Of a DNA stretch of 29,270 bases, positions 8,670-18,354 are shown piece by piece; the stretch's first letter is position 1, and every line of letters begins with the position of its first letter. The notes under the pieces were generated by a model. The model had not been told where the DNA came from, made no database searches, and saw nothing but the letters and a program-made list of their open reading frames with translations. Origin of the DNA: Candidatus Zixiibacteriota bacterium (GTDB lineage: Bacteria; Zixibacteria; MSB-5A5; WJJR01); assembly GCA_036170655.1 (NCBI GenBank), contig JAVHPP010000125.1, forward strand, positions 1-29,270, read 5' to 3'. Both the position numbers and the translations under genes were made by a program.

Positions 8670-9506
8670 ATGATATTATTCCCAACACGAACCCTCGTCA
8701 CGATCATCGTCATGTCGTTTGTTGCTCTGGGATGCAGTTCCGGCGGGAACGAAAGCGCCAAGACAGCGTCGAAAGATACTGTGGCCGTTGCGCAGTTCGT
8801 CCCGCCGCCCGCAGCCACCACGGGTGATCAGAAAGACACGATCCCACCGAACGATCAGTTGATCGCACGCACGCCGCCACCACAGGAACCTCGGGTGGCC
8901 AAGCCGGAGCCGAAAAAGCCACAGCCCAAACCACGGCCCCCGACTCCAGAGCCTGAGAGGAAAATCACGATCCCAAGCGGTACGACATTCAATGTCAGGC
9001 TGGCTGCGACGCTGCGAACGGACTCGAACCAGGCTGGTGATCCGATCATCGGGACGATGCCGGGGCCACTCGACATTGCCGGAGTTGCGGTCATTCCGGC
9101 CGGAGCCGAAGTGCGCGGGCATCTCGTGCAGGTGGAAGAACCCCATCGCACTAAGGGCATCGCCAAAATGACACTGCAGTTTGACAGCGTGGCCGACGCC
9201 ACAGGCCGGATGCATGCGCTGGACACCCGACCAATCGTGGTCGAGGGTGAGCCGGACAAAGTCAGCGATGCGGGCAAAGTCGCGATTGGCGGCGTGGTGG
9301 GTGGAGTGATCGGCGCATTGGCCAGCAAGAAAAAGGCAAAGGGCGCTGCCATCGGCGCTGTGGCGGGAGCCGCGGCCGGCGGCGCAGTCGCACTGGCCAC
9401 GAAGGGCAAACAGCTCGAATTGTCGCCGGGGCACGAATTCAGCGTCGAGGTGATAACCTCAGCGGAGATCCCGGTCGCCGTCAAGGCAGACCCGGGCAGC
9501 CGTTGA
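8670..9506 (+). CDS. Putative lipoprotein with Pro-rich linker, TrbI/VirB10-like beta domain and glycine-zipper segment
   Basis: GAGGAG RBS; lipobox-like ALGC; PKPRPPTPEP linker; IPSGT...VRL / IPAGAEVRG repeats; GGVVGGVIGALA..GAAIGAVAGAAAGG. Confidence 0.75.
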   Translation: MILFPTRTLVTIIVMSFVALGCSSGGNESAKTASKDTVAVAQFVPPPAATTGDQKDTIPPNDQLIARTPPPQEPRVAKPEPKKPQPKPRPPTPEPERKITIPSGTTFNVRLAATLRTDSNQAGDPIIGTMPGPLDIAGVAVIPAGAEVRGHLVQVEEPHRTKGIAKMTLQFDSVADATGRMHALDTRPIVVEGEPDKVSDAGKVAIGGVVGGVIGALASKKKAKGAAIGAVAGAAAGGAVALATKGKQLELSPGHEFSVEVITSAEIPVAVKADPGSR

Positions 9507-9533
9507 TACCCAAATCACCGGGGCAATAATCGT

Positions 9534-9571
9534 AAAACACCGCGCCACGAGACTGAGTGGCGCGGTGTTTT
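9534..9571. terminator. Bidirectional intrinsic terminator
   Basis: aaaacaccgcgccac-8 nt-gtggcgcggtgtttt between convergent genes. Confidence 0.85.
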
Positions 9572-9587
9572 GCTGCAAGGGAGCGAT

Positions 9588-9788
9588 TCAGATTCTGTGG
9601 GGTCCGCTGAGCACACGCGCGGGAAGAAGGACCAACGCGCGCAACAGCGAAAAGACCGCATCCACAGTGATGCCGATCAGCCGGAAAGGCAACAGCAACA
9701 ACCAGACAACGGGGTAAAGGACAAGCGCTAGGATAGCCAAGGGCCAGCAGAAAACGAATAACAAGCACCAAAGCAAAAAACCGATCAT
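9588..9788 (-). CDS. Small (66 aa) hydrophobic membrane protein
   Basis: [39 protein letters not shown]...; GGGAG RBS upstream; shares the bidirectional terminator. Confidence 0.7.
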   Translation of the reverse strand: MIGFLLWCLLFVFCWPLAILALVLYPVVWLLLLPFRLIGITVDAVFSLLRALVLLPARVLSGPHRI

Positions 9789-9897
9789 CTTTCCGTTACT
9801 CCCTGACCCACACATTGTCTTACGGGAGAGAACGCGATACGGTTTCACGAAAACAACTGCCCCGCCTTTCGGTTTGCAGACAGGTATATTCCCCTTG

Positions 9898-10197
9898 ATG
9901 GACGCACCATTCCGCATGCCAATCGACGGCACGCTCGACCTTCACGCGTTCTCGCCCAGAGACATCAAGGATCTCGTGCCGCATTACATTGATGAATGTC
10001 TTGCACGGGGCATCCGGCACATCCAGATTATTCACGGAAAAGGCACGGGCACATTGCGTCGAATCGTGCATGCCGCCTTGGACCGTCATCCCGCGGTGAT
10101 CTCATACAGGCATGAGGGTGGGAGCGGCGGTTCCTGGGGCGCTACGGTCGTGGACCTGAAGGTAGCAGGCGGAGATTCGTCACCGTCTGGACTGTAA
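9898..10197 (+). CDS. Stand-alone Smr/MutS2 C-terminal domain protein
   Basis: [24 protein letters not shown] motifs. Confidence 0.9.
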   Translation: MDAPFRMPIDGTLDLHAFSPRDIKDLVPHYIDECLARGIRHIQIIHGKGTGTLRRIVHAALDRHPAVISYRHEGGSGGSWGATVVDLKVAGGDSSPSGL

Positions 10198-10209
10198 GGG
10201 CGCCGCCGT

Positions 10210-12456
10210 CTATGGACACACCGGGACCGGCGCTCCTTGAAACACGACATCGATCAGCGCCGTCACATCGAGCACATCATACACCTGGTCACAGTTGAGA
10301 TCAATGCGCGCCGTTGGGGGAACTGGCGGGCTCCCGCCGCTGAAGACAAAATCGATCAAGCCAACGACATCGACAACGTCAAGCGCTCCATCATCATTAA
10401 AGTCACCAAGAATATAAGTTGCACGGAGGTGGAAGTTCTGGTCGGCACTGAACTCTGATTGATTCCCGGCAGCATCGGCGGCTTTGACATGCCAGTACCA
10501 GTCCTGATTCAGCGCGAGTTTGTCCGCGAGCGGGAGGTCAAACTGAGTCGCCGCTATCCCTGAGTACGAGCGCAGACCAACGGTGAACATTGGATCAGAA
10601 GCGATCCGCACCTGGTAGGTTACCGGTGTCGGACTGTCCGTCTGCTTGGATACCGAGACGGTGGTCCAGACAAAGGTCGGCGTCGAATCGGTGATCGTGT
10701 CGCCGGTCAAGGGCGCAGGATGGACCGGAGTCGGCGCGACCGGCCGCGTGGCATCGACCCATACGGTCCGCACAGCCGACACCGCTGAAGAATCACCGAA
10801 CGTGTCGAACGCACGCACACGCCAGGAGTAGAGACCATCGGGCAGCGACTCGACGCGCGCAGGTGTCACGATTCCCGTAAGACGGGTGACATTTGTGGCA
10901 AATGACGGATCGGTTGAGTATTCGAGCACATACGTGAGCGCAGAATCATAGCGCGACCAGTCGGCCCAGGAGAACGACACGGACAAGTTGTTCGTGATTG
11001 TACCCGTCGCCGGTCCCGCCAATTTCGGCGGAAACAAGCGCAACGGCATGTTGGCTGCGTAGACATCCTGATTGAGGTTGCGTGTGTCGGTGAACACCAT
11101 CGTGGCACGCAAGCGGGAGGTGGACAAGCCGATGTATTCCCCGATCAGCCCTGCGTTGGGATTCAGAAGTTCGATGGGGATCGTCGGATCGGCAAGCTGA
11201 GGTGCGGACATGGATTTCTCAAGGGATGCCGCATTGAAGGGCGATGAAGACACATTGGTGACACGCTGATTGGGTGTCCACGTCTGCCCGCCATCGAACG
11301 AGTGCGTCACCCAAACATCGAAGTACAGATTCGACGGGTCCAACCGGCGATCATAGAAGACAACACTGACGACACCATCGGGATTGACCGAGATCCAGGG
11401 ATGGAACTGATCAACATGATTGGCGATGGGATCGTCGTTCAACCGTACCCGTGGCAGCCAGGTCTTGCCGCTGTCATTGGAGATGGTCATGTACAAATCG
11501 AGGAGACCGTCGGCAGCCCGGTCGGCGAAGGCGCAGTAGAACCGTCCATCGTAGGGTCCATCAGTCACATCGGCGGTCAGCGCCGGAAACGGAAATGTCG
11601 TGATGCCACCGTCGATGGTGCCGGGAGAGAATGACGTGGGCGCCACGACCCGATCGGTCCCCCATGTCCAACCCTGATCCAGCGAGATATCACACATGAT
11701 GGCAGCACGTGAATACGAATACCACGCGATGACAACCCGTCCGTCGTTCCCCACGGCCGGGGTCGGCCACTGAACCGATCCTCGGTCCGAAACGGGCCGC
11801 TCGACGCCGAAACCGAACCCGTCCGTGGACCGGACGCAGTAGATGCCCGTCGAATCGCCAAAACGGGTCCAGGCAATGTAGAGGGAACCATCCGTCGGCC
11901 CGCCCGTGCGGTCGCAGGTAATCAACTCTTTGTCCTCAAAAGACGGTCCGAAGGGCGTGTCGACACCGGTCAGCGAGTAGGCCCACGTGCGCCCCGAATC
12001 GAGCGAGACCGGAACAAACAGCCCGTTGGCCGGAGTGGCATCCTCGAAGGACAGAATGACGCTGTAGAACACGCCCGCGGAATTGACGGTGATGCCGGGG
12101 TCGGAATCGCGGCCGTACGGAGTCTGGTCGACCAATCCGCCTTCGGTCCATGTGACGCCGCCGTTGTGCGAGTACCCCCACCCAATCTGACGATATCCGA
12201 GACGAAAATCACGCCAGACAGCCACGAGATTGTCGGGGTTCGTCGGATCGACCGCCACCTGTTCCTCGTTCTGAAGCTGCGTCGTCGTGTCCGTATTGAG
12301 CTTGATGTTGGGCGGCGTCGCGCTGGACACATCGTACCACATCTTGATGTCCGTCGCCGTCTGCCCGAACGCCGCAACGGACAGAAGCAGCGCCACCCCC
12401 AAGATCGACACCGCAACCATTAAGATTTCATGCCGAACACCAAACCTGCGCGTCAT
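10210..12456 (-). CDS. Secreted Asp-box/BNR (sialidase-like beta-propeller) protein with two Fn3-like modules and a C-terminal dockerin-like domain
   Basis: Signal peptide; Asp-boxes SHNGGVTW, SLDSGRTW, SLDQGWTW, SNDSGKTW, SFDGGQTW; YSWRVRAFD and WYWHVKAAD; GDFNDDGALDVVDV / DLNCDQVYDVLDV. Start ATG 12456 has an AGGGG RBS. Confidence 0.82.
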   Translation of the reverse strand: MTRRFGVRHEILMVAVSILGVALLLSVAAFGQTATDIKMWYDVSSATPPNIKLNTDTTTQLQNEEQVAVDPTNPDNLVAVWRDFRLGYRQIGWGYSHNGGVTWTEGGLVDQTPYGRDSDPGITVNSAGVFYSVILSFEDATPANGLFVPVSLDSGRTWAYSLTGVDTPFGPSFEDKELITCDRTGGPTDGSLYIAWTRFGDSTGIYCVRSTDGFGFGVERPVSDRGSVQWPTPAVGNDGRVVIAWYSYSRAAIMCDISLDQGWTWGTDRVVAPTSFSPGTIDGGITTFPFPALTADVTDGPYDGRFYCAFADRAADGLLDLYMTISNDSGKTWLPRVRLNDDPIANHVDQFHPWISVNPDGVVSVVFYDRRLDPSNLYFDVWVTHSFDGGQTWTPNQRVTNVSSSPFNAASLEKSMSAPQLADPTIPIELLNPNAGLIGEYIGLSTSRLRATMVFTDTRNLNQDVYAANMPLRLFPPKLAGPATGTITNNLSVSFSWADWSRYDSALTYVLEYSTDPSFATNVTRLTGIVTPARVESLPDGLYSWRVRAFDTFGDSSAVSAVRTVWVDATRPVAPTPVHPAPLTGDTITDSTPTFVWTTVSVSKQTDSPTPVTYQVRIASDPMFTVGLRSYSGIAATQFDLPLADKLALNQDWYWHVKAADAAGNQSEFSADQNFHLRATYILGDFNDDGALDVVDVVGLIDFVFSGGSPPVPPTARIDLNCDQVYDVLDVTALIDVVFQGAPVPVCP

Positions 12457-12852
12457 CGTAACGCCCCTTGTCAAAGATTTCGTTCCACCCAAGTAACCCA
12501 CCCGCGAGGCGCCGGGCGCAACGAAGGCATCCGACGGGATCTTTCGGCGGTAATTGAGACCAGACGACGGTCGGCCGCGGGGTGTCCGACACACACGTAA
12601 GTTAATGCTTTCGCAGTATCTTACAAGCACAATGTTTGGCAGAAAACATGGCATGATGAGAAGGCCCATATTATGTGACAGATGCAACAGGCAGACGACT
12701 CTTTAACCCAAATGTCGCGCATCAGACATGATTCGGCTCACAGACAAGCTGTCCGGTGCTTGACTTCAACGGCGAAGCGTTTCACTTTGCACCCGTCAAG
12801 GGGGGCTTCGGGGTTCACGCCCCCTCGAACATCCATCACCAGGAGGTCAGGA

Positions 12853-14202
12853 ATGACTCTGCGAGTTCGATCATGGTCGCTTTTCACAGCCAGTGCGCTG
12901 GTCGCACTGGGGCTTATGCATCCGCCAAAAGCCAGCGGCTTTGACGTCAATTCTGAGCAACATGTGCTGCCCAACGGGTTGCGGATCATTCTGGCGCCAG
13001 ATCCGACTGTGCCCACCGTATCCTACCACACGTTGATCGACGCCGGTTCACGCGATGAAACCAAGAAAGGCACCACCGGTCTGGCGCACGTCTTTGAACA
13101 CATGATGTTCCGGGGGACAAAGCAATACCCGGACTTCGACGCCGTGGTCAAGCCCTGGGGAGCCCAGACGAATGCATCGACCGGCTTCGATGTCACCGAC
13201 TACTTTGTCAATACCAAGAGCGAGTTCTTGAAGGACATCATCGCCCTCGAAGCCGACCGGGTCCGCAATCTTTCATTCACCAACGAGACATTTCGCACAG
13301 AGCTCGGCCCGGTGAAGGAGGAACGCCGCCGCGGGGTCGTTGAGGATCCGTATGGATTCATGGAAACGCGCCTGTATGATCTCGCCTTTGAGAAGCACAC
13401 TTACAAACATCCGGTAATCGGCTGGGAAGAGGACCTCGAAAAATTCATGACCTACGACGACGCCATGCGTTTCAAAGAAACGTTTTACGAACCGGCTCAT
13501 GTCGTCATTTCCGTCGCGGGAAACTTCAACGCCGAGTCCACTCTGGCCTGGATCACGCAGAAGTACGGCGACTGGGCTGCCGGTACAGTCAAGCCGGATC
13601 CGATACCGGCCGAGCCGCCTCAACTGGCCCCAAAGAGTGAGACGACGATTTGGAAAGACGCCATGATCGCGCCGATCTTGATGGTGGCTTACAAAGCGCC
13701 TGCCATGCGATTCGACGCGCCGGATTATGTGACCTATCGTGTTGTTGACCGCCTGCTGTTCGCAAACAGCGGCCGTTTGCACAAACGGCTGGTCGTGGAC
13801 CGCCAGCTGGTGGAAGAGGTCGATGGCGGCGCGTTTGGCGGCAAGGACCCCGGCCTGTGGACGATCACGGCAACGATCAAGAGCGGAGTTGCACTCGACA
13901 CGGTCGAGACAATCATCATGGAGGAACTGCTCAAGCTGGGGATGACGGCCGTTTCCCAGGAAGAATTGAACAAAGCGATCAATGGTCTCAAAGCTGACCG
14001 TGTCTTCGGATTCGACCGGCCGGCGCGGGTCGCATCGACACTTGGCCGGTATGCCATCACCAGCGGTTCTGCCGACAACGTGCGGAAGGAAATGGATCTG
14101 CTCTCAAAGGTCACACCTAAGATGGTGATGGATTTTTCCCGTCAATACCTGACCGACGCCGGACGAACAACACTCATCATGAATCCCAAACCGAAGTCTT
14201 GA
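12853..14202 (+). CDS. M16 (pitrilysin/insulinase) zinc peptidase, catalytic subunit, with signal peptide
   Basis: LPNGL, GLAHVFEHMMFRGT (HxxEH), NASTGFD, EERR, HPVIG; AGGAGG RBS at 12841. Confidence 0.9.
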   Translation: MTLRVRSWSLFTASALVALGLMHPPKASGFDVNSEQHVLPNGLRIILAPDPTVPTVSYHTLIDAGSRDETKKGTTGLAHVFEHMMFRGTKQYPDFDAVVKPWGAQTNASTGFDVTDYFVNTKSEFLKDIIALEADRVRNLSFTNETFRTELGPVKEERRRGVVEDPYGFMETRLYDLAFEKHTYKHPVIGWEEDLEKFMTYDDAMRFKETFYEPAHVVISVAGNFNAESTLAWITQKYGDWAAGTVKPDPIPAEPPQLAPKSETTIWKDAMIAPILMVAYKAPAMRFDAPDYVTYRVVDRLLFANSGRLHKRLVVDRQLVEEVDGGAFGGKDPGLWTITATIKSGVALDTVETIIMEELLKLGMTAVSQEELNKAINGLKADRVFGFDRPARVASTLGRYAITSGSADNVRKEMDLLSKVTPKMVMDFSRQYLTDAGRTTLIMNPKPKS

Positions 14203-14215
14203 TGGAAAGAGGCGA

Positions 14216-15715
14216 ATGGCGATGAGACGCAAGACGATATTAGTGCCGCTTGTCTCGAGCGTGCTGCTGCTCTGGGGGTGCCTAACCGCCAGTGGAGCGG
14301 ATGCGCCGACTGTTCTGGTTCCGAAACCCGGTTCGGGCGCAGTTCAGATTCGCGTTCAGTTCAATGCCGGGTCGGCGTATGATCCGTCCGGCAAAGAAGG
14401 GCTGGCGGACTTTGTCGCCAATGCCCTGCTGCGCGGGTCCAAGTCATTTGATCGTGCCACGATTGACGAGCGGCTGGACGCCCTGGCGGCTGACATCGGC
14501 GTCGAAGTCGATCGCGATATTGTCATCATCGAGGGACGAGCGCTGGCGGACGTGTGGCCGGATTTCTCGAAGCTGTTCTTGTCTGTACTCACCGAACCGG
14601 CATTCTCACCGTCCGAAATGGCGAAACTGACCGGCGATCAGTTGGACGCGATCGAGCAGATACGCCGCGACGACGGCAGTCTCGCTCGCGCCGCATTGCA
14701 GACATTTATGTACGAGAACCACCCTTATGGACATCCCGTCGAGGGACTCGATCACACCGTCAAAGCGATCACCGCGGCGGATGCGCGTGACTTCTACGAG
14801 AGTCACTATACAGCAGGAAACTATATTTTGGGTCTCGCCGGTGAGGTATCCGACTCGCTGGCCAAGGCAATCAACGCGGCTCTTGCCGCTGCGTTGAAGC
14901 CGGACGCACCTCCCCCCCTCGTGCTGCCGAAGCCTGTTGTCAACGGATTGAATATCTTCCTGATCGAGAAGGAGAATCGCGCCCAGACACAGATGCGCTT
15001 TGGGCGTCCGATCGACATCGGACGCGGCGACCCGGACTTCATGCCCCTCTATCTGGCCAACACTTATCTGGGACGGCATCGTGAGTCAATGGGTCGGCTG
15101 TATCAGGTCATTCGCTCCCAGAGGGGACTTTCTTACGGGGCTTATTCCTATGCCGAGCACTTTGATCAGGATGGCGGGTCCAACCTCGCGCGCCCCGGGC
15201 GCCCACGCCATCAACAGTATTTCTCGGCATGGGTCTATCCGAAATCAACCAATGCCAATTTCGTCATCCATGCCGTGATGAAAGAGTTGGCTGACTTGTC
15301 CACGCACGGACTGTCGGACAAAGAGCTTGATGCTGCGCGTCAGTTTGAGATCAATCACTTCCCCTTTGAGATCGAGACACCAAGACGGCTTTTGGGGATG
15401 CGCATGGACGAAATTGCACTTGGCACTCCCCGGTTCGTGGACTCATTCACCAAGACCACCCAGCAGGTGACGGGCGCTGATGTGAAGAGAGCCGTGAGAC
15501 GTGCGATCGATATCAACAACATGGTATTAACAGCGGTCGTCTCGAACGGCGTCGAATTCACCAAGCAGCTCTTGGATGGTCCCGTGACCGTCGAGTATCC
15601 TTCAGGGGTCGATCCGAAGTCGCTCGCGGCCAATGACGTGCCGTACAAGAGTTTTCGACTCCCGCTGAAGCCCGAAAAGATCAAGGTGCTGAAGACGGAA
15701 GAGATGTTCCGGTAG
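14216..15715 (+). CDS. M16 peptidase-like non-catalytic partner subunit, with signal peptide
   Basis: GSAYDP.GKEGLA without HxxEH; HPYGHP; IRSQRGLSYGAYS (R/Y substrate pair). Confidence 0.85.
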   Translation: MAMRRKTILVPLVSSVLLLWGCLTASGADAPTVLVPKPGSGAVQIRVQFNAGSAYDPSGKEGLADFVANALLRGSKSFDRATIDERLDALAADIGVEVDRDIVIIEGRALADVWPDFSKLFLSVLTEPAFSPSEMAKLTGDQLDAIEQIRRDDGSLARAALQTFMYENHPYGHPVEGLDHTVKAITAADARDFYESHYTAGNYILGLAGEVSDSLAKAINAALAAALKPDAPPPLVLPKPVVNGLNIFLIEKENRAQTQMRFGRPIDIGRGDPDFMPLYLANTYLGRHRESMGRLYQVIRSQRGLSYGAYSYAEHFDQDGGSNLARPGRPRHQQYFSAWVYPKSTNANFVIHAVMKELADLSTHGLSDKELDAARQFEINHFPFEIETPRRLLGMRMDEIALGTPRFVDSFTKTTQQVTGADVKRAVRRAIDINNMVLTAVVSNGVEFTKQLLDGPVTVEYPSGVDPKSLAANDVPYKSFRLPLKPEKIKVLKTEEMFR

Positions 15716-15739
15716 AACGAGCGGGGATTCGAATCCAGA

Positions 15740-15765
15740 TGTGGGGGTGGGGCTTCCCCCGTTCC
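15740..15765 (+). repeat. Degenerate GTAG/GTGG-type REP-like palindrome between convergent genes
   Basis: tgtgggggtggggcttcccccgttcc resembles a GTRG-headed GC-rich hairpin. Confidence 0.3.
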
Positions 15766-15817
15766 TTCGTTTGCCCACGGGCATGACGGCGCAGACACCG
15801 AGTTGTGGTGAGTTCGG

Positions 15818-16915
15818 TCAGGACTCTGCCCGCAACTCCTCAATGATCTTTCGATCCGCCGTGGGAAACGCGTAGCGTGCCAGGTCACGCGCTCGTACCC
15901 ATTTCCACTTTTGGCAGCCGATGGCTTGGGGCGCTCCCGATTCATAGCAACACTCGAAGACATACAGCCGGACGGCGTAGTGGCTGTAGGCATGACGGAT
16001 AACCATGCGCTTCTCACCGACAGCCACAACGATCCCGAGTTCTTCCTCGATCTCGCGGCGGCAGGTGTCGGCCAGTCGCTCGTTCCGCTGCCTCTTCCCG
16101 CCCGGAAACTCCCACAAGCCGGGCAGCAATCCGGTCTCGGGCCGCTGGGTGATGAGGATGCGGCCATCTCTGTGGCGGATGACGCCGCAGGCTACTTGTA
16201 CCTCACCGCGCACGGCCCGCGCCTCGATCGTCCCGTAACGATCCGGGTGGCCACTTTGGAAGGCCATGCAGGACTGCCTTAGCGGACACTGATCGCAACG
16301 GGGCTTCCGGGGCGAGCAGATCAGCGCGCCGACTTCGATCAGACCATCGGTCCATACTGCGCCCCGTCCGACCACCATCAGCTGCCGAAGCTGCTGAAAG
16401 ATAATCCTGCGAACATCGGCGGACCGGACGTCACCCCGGACTGCAAAGAGCCGTGCTGCCACGCGTGCCACATTGGCGTCGATGGCAGGGACACGGCTCC
16501 CAAAGCAGAAATTCGAGACGGCAGCGGCGACATATTCGCCGACTCCCGGCAGCGCCCGGATGGCATCGTACGTCGCCGGAAACCGTCCCCCGTGCTCCGA
16601 CTTGATCAGCCGTGCCGCCTGGTGCAGATAGCGTGCCCTGTGGTAGTAACCCAGCCCCTCCCATTCCTTCATGACCTGATTGAGCGGCACTTTGGCGAGG
16701 CTTGCCAAAGTGGGAAATCGTTTCAGAAAACGGGGGTAGCGTTTGATCGCCACGGCGACCGTGGTCTGAACCAGCATCACCTCGGAAACCCAGATTCGGT
16801 ACGGGTCTGTGAGACCTCGCCACGGGAGGCAGCGGGCGTGGAGCATGAACCACCGTCGCAGACGACGGTAGACAAACTGCGGATTGAGATTCGGAAAGTC
16901 AGGACGGGGCTTCAC
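15818..16915 (-). CDS. mutY: A/G-specific adenine glycosylase MutY with C-terminal Nudix (MutT-like) domain; start uncertain
   Basis: LPWR...DPYRIWVSEVML.QT, WEGLGYY.RA, LPGVG.Y, IDANV.RV, Fe-S motif Cx6Cx2Cx5C, GLWEFPGG, HAYSH. GTG 16915 is a plausible start. Confidence 0.9.
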   Translation of the reverse strand: MKPRPDFPNLNPQFVYRRLRRWFMLHARCLPWRGLTDPYRIWVSEVMLVQTTVAVAIKRYPRFLKRFPTLASLAKVPLNQVMKEWEGLGYYHRARYLHQAARLIKSEHGGRFPATYDAIRALPGVGEYVAAAVSNFCFGSRVPAIDANVARVAARLFAVRGDVRSADVRRIIFQQLRQLMVVGRGAVWTDGLIEVGALICSPRKPRCDQCPLRQSCMAFQSGHPDRYGTIEARAVRGEVQVACGVIRHRDGRILITQRPETGLLPGLWEFPGGKRQRNERLADTCRREIEEELGIVVAVGEKRMVIRHAYSHYAVRLYVFECCYESGAPQAIGCQKWKWVRARDLARYAFPTADRKIIEELRAES

Positions 16916-17047
16916 CAAACGAGGTTGTTTCCAGTTGGCGCTACGTTGCGAAGAACACATCCGCCCATGAGTATGCACCAAATTCGGCTGGCCCGCCATG
17001 CGAAAAGACGCTATCATCGGCGCATCAGTGCAGGAGGATACGAGAAG

Positions 17048-18259
17048 GTGAACGAGCACACAGCCGAGCAACTGGGCATCAAGAACGACAAACGGATCAT
17101 CTTCTTGGTGATGGATGGGCTTGGAGACATTCCCTTTGGGAATCGAAACCAGACACCGCTGGAAGCGGCGCGCAAACCGAACATTGATTCGCTCCTGCCT
17201 CAGGCCACGACCGGGCTATTCGATCCGGTCGAACCCGGGATCACGCCGGGATCGGGCCCGGGACATCTGGGATTGTTCGGCTACGACCCGCGAAAGCACT
17301 TGATCGGCCGCGGCGTGCTGGAGGCGCTGGGAATTGATTTTCCGCTCACCGACAGCGATGTCGCCGCACGCTTCAATTTCTGCACGCTCGACAAAAACCG
17401 GCACATCACCGACCGGCGCGCGGGGCGGATCGGCGACGATGAGAACCGCCGGCTGGTTGACAAGATCACCTCGGAGATGCGCCTGACCGGCGACATCGAA
17501 GTGATCGTGCGCAGTGTCTCCGAGCATCGCGGCCTTGTTGTGTTGCGCGGCGCGAACATGGGGGGACATGTGCGGGACACCGATCCGCAAGCAACCGGTG
17601 TGGCGCCGCTTTCTGCGGAAGCGCTGGACGGGGAATCCAAGGCCACGGCGCAGTGCTTTGACCGTATCGTCACCGAGGTGGAGCGCGTCCTCAGAGACGA
17701 ACCGTGCGCCAACGGCATTCTGCTGCGTGGCATCGATAAACGCCCGCCGATCCCCAAGATCGGTGAGCGATTCCCAATTCATGCCGGAGCGATTGCCACA
17801 TATCCGATGTATCGCGGCATCGCGCGTCTGGTCGGGATGACGGTTTTCGACGCGCCGAAGGATATCCCGTCGACCATGGCGGCCGCAAAAACGGTCCCGC
17901 GTGAATTCGATTATCTCTTTGTCCACATCAAGTACACCGACAAGGCGGGCGAAGACGGCGACTACGACCGCAAGGTGGCGGTGATCGAAGAAGTCGACCG
18001 GCACATCCCTGATCTGCTGACCGCCAAGCCGGATGTTCTCGTCATTACCGGCGATCACTCCACTCCGGCGGCGCTGAAGGCGCATTCGTGGCATCCGGTG
18101 CCGGCGTTGCTCTACGCGCCTGGGACAGTGCGCCCCGATGGCTCAAAGACATTCGGCGAACGCGCCTGTCAGACCGGTGGCCTGGGGCATCTGCCGATGC
18201 GGCACCTGCTGCCGATCGCACTGGCGCACGCGTTGAAGCTGGCAAAATTTGGGGCGTAG
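17048..18259 (+). CDS. apgM: 2,3-bisphosphoglycerate-independent phosphoglycerate mutase (ApgM/archaeal type)
   Basis: MDGLGD, TPLEAA..PN.D, PGSGPGHL.LFGYDP, RG.LEALG, DRRAGR, YPMY.G, TGDHSTP...HS.HPVP; AGGAGG RBS before GTG 17048. Confidence 0.9.
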   Translation: MNEHTAEQLGIKNDKRIIFLVMDGLGDIPFGNRNQTPLEAARKPNIDSLLPQATTGLFDPVEPGITPGSGPGHLGLFGYDPRKHLIGRGVLEALGIDFPLTDSDVAARFNFCTLDKNRHITDRRAGRIGDDENRRLVDKITSEMRLTGDIEVIVRSVSEHRGLVVLRGANMGGHVRDTDPQATGVAPLSAEALDGESKATAQCFDRIVTEVERVLRDEPCANGILLRGIDKRPPIPKIGERFPIHAGAIATYPMYRGIARLVGMTVFDAPKDIPSTMAAAKTVPREFDYLFVHIKYTDKAGEDGDYDRKVAVIEEVDRHIPDLLTAKPDVLVITGDHSTPAALKAHSWHPVPALLYAPGTVRPDGSKTFGERACQTGGLGHLPMRHLLPIALAHALKLAKFGA

Positions 18260-18300
18260 ATGACATTTAACATGGATGATTGAAATTCTGTGGGCGCGTC

Positions 18301-18325
18301 TGTAGGGCCCACGGCCGTGCGCACC
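18301..18325 (+). repeat. Single degenerate GTAG-type REP
   Basis: tGTAGggcccacggccgtgcgcacc: GTAG head plus imperfect palindrome around cacggccgtg. Confidence 0.5.
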
Positions 18326-18354
18326 AGCACAGGTGCCGAAATCACGAGGGAACA

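Noticed and set aside
15721..15737. ggggattcgaatcc resembling a tRNA T-loop or att remnant
   Set aside because: No cloverleaf, no match to the tRNA-Glu 3' end and no integrase.
16592..17071. Apparent head-to-head overlap of mutY and apgM, and long N-terminal extensions of several track ORFs (e.g. 12682, 12687, 21681, 25158)
   Set aside because: Artefacts of longest-ORF calling; RBS and motif positions indicate later starts with no overlap.
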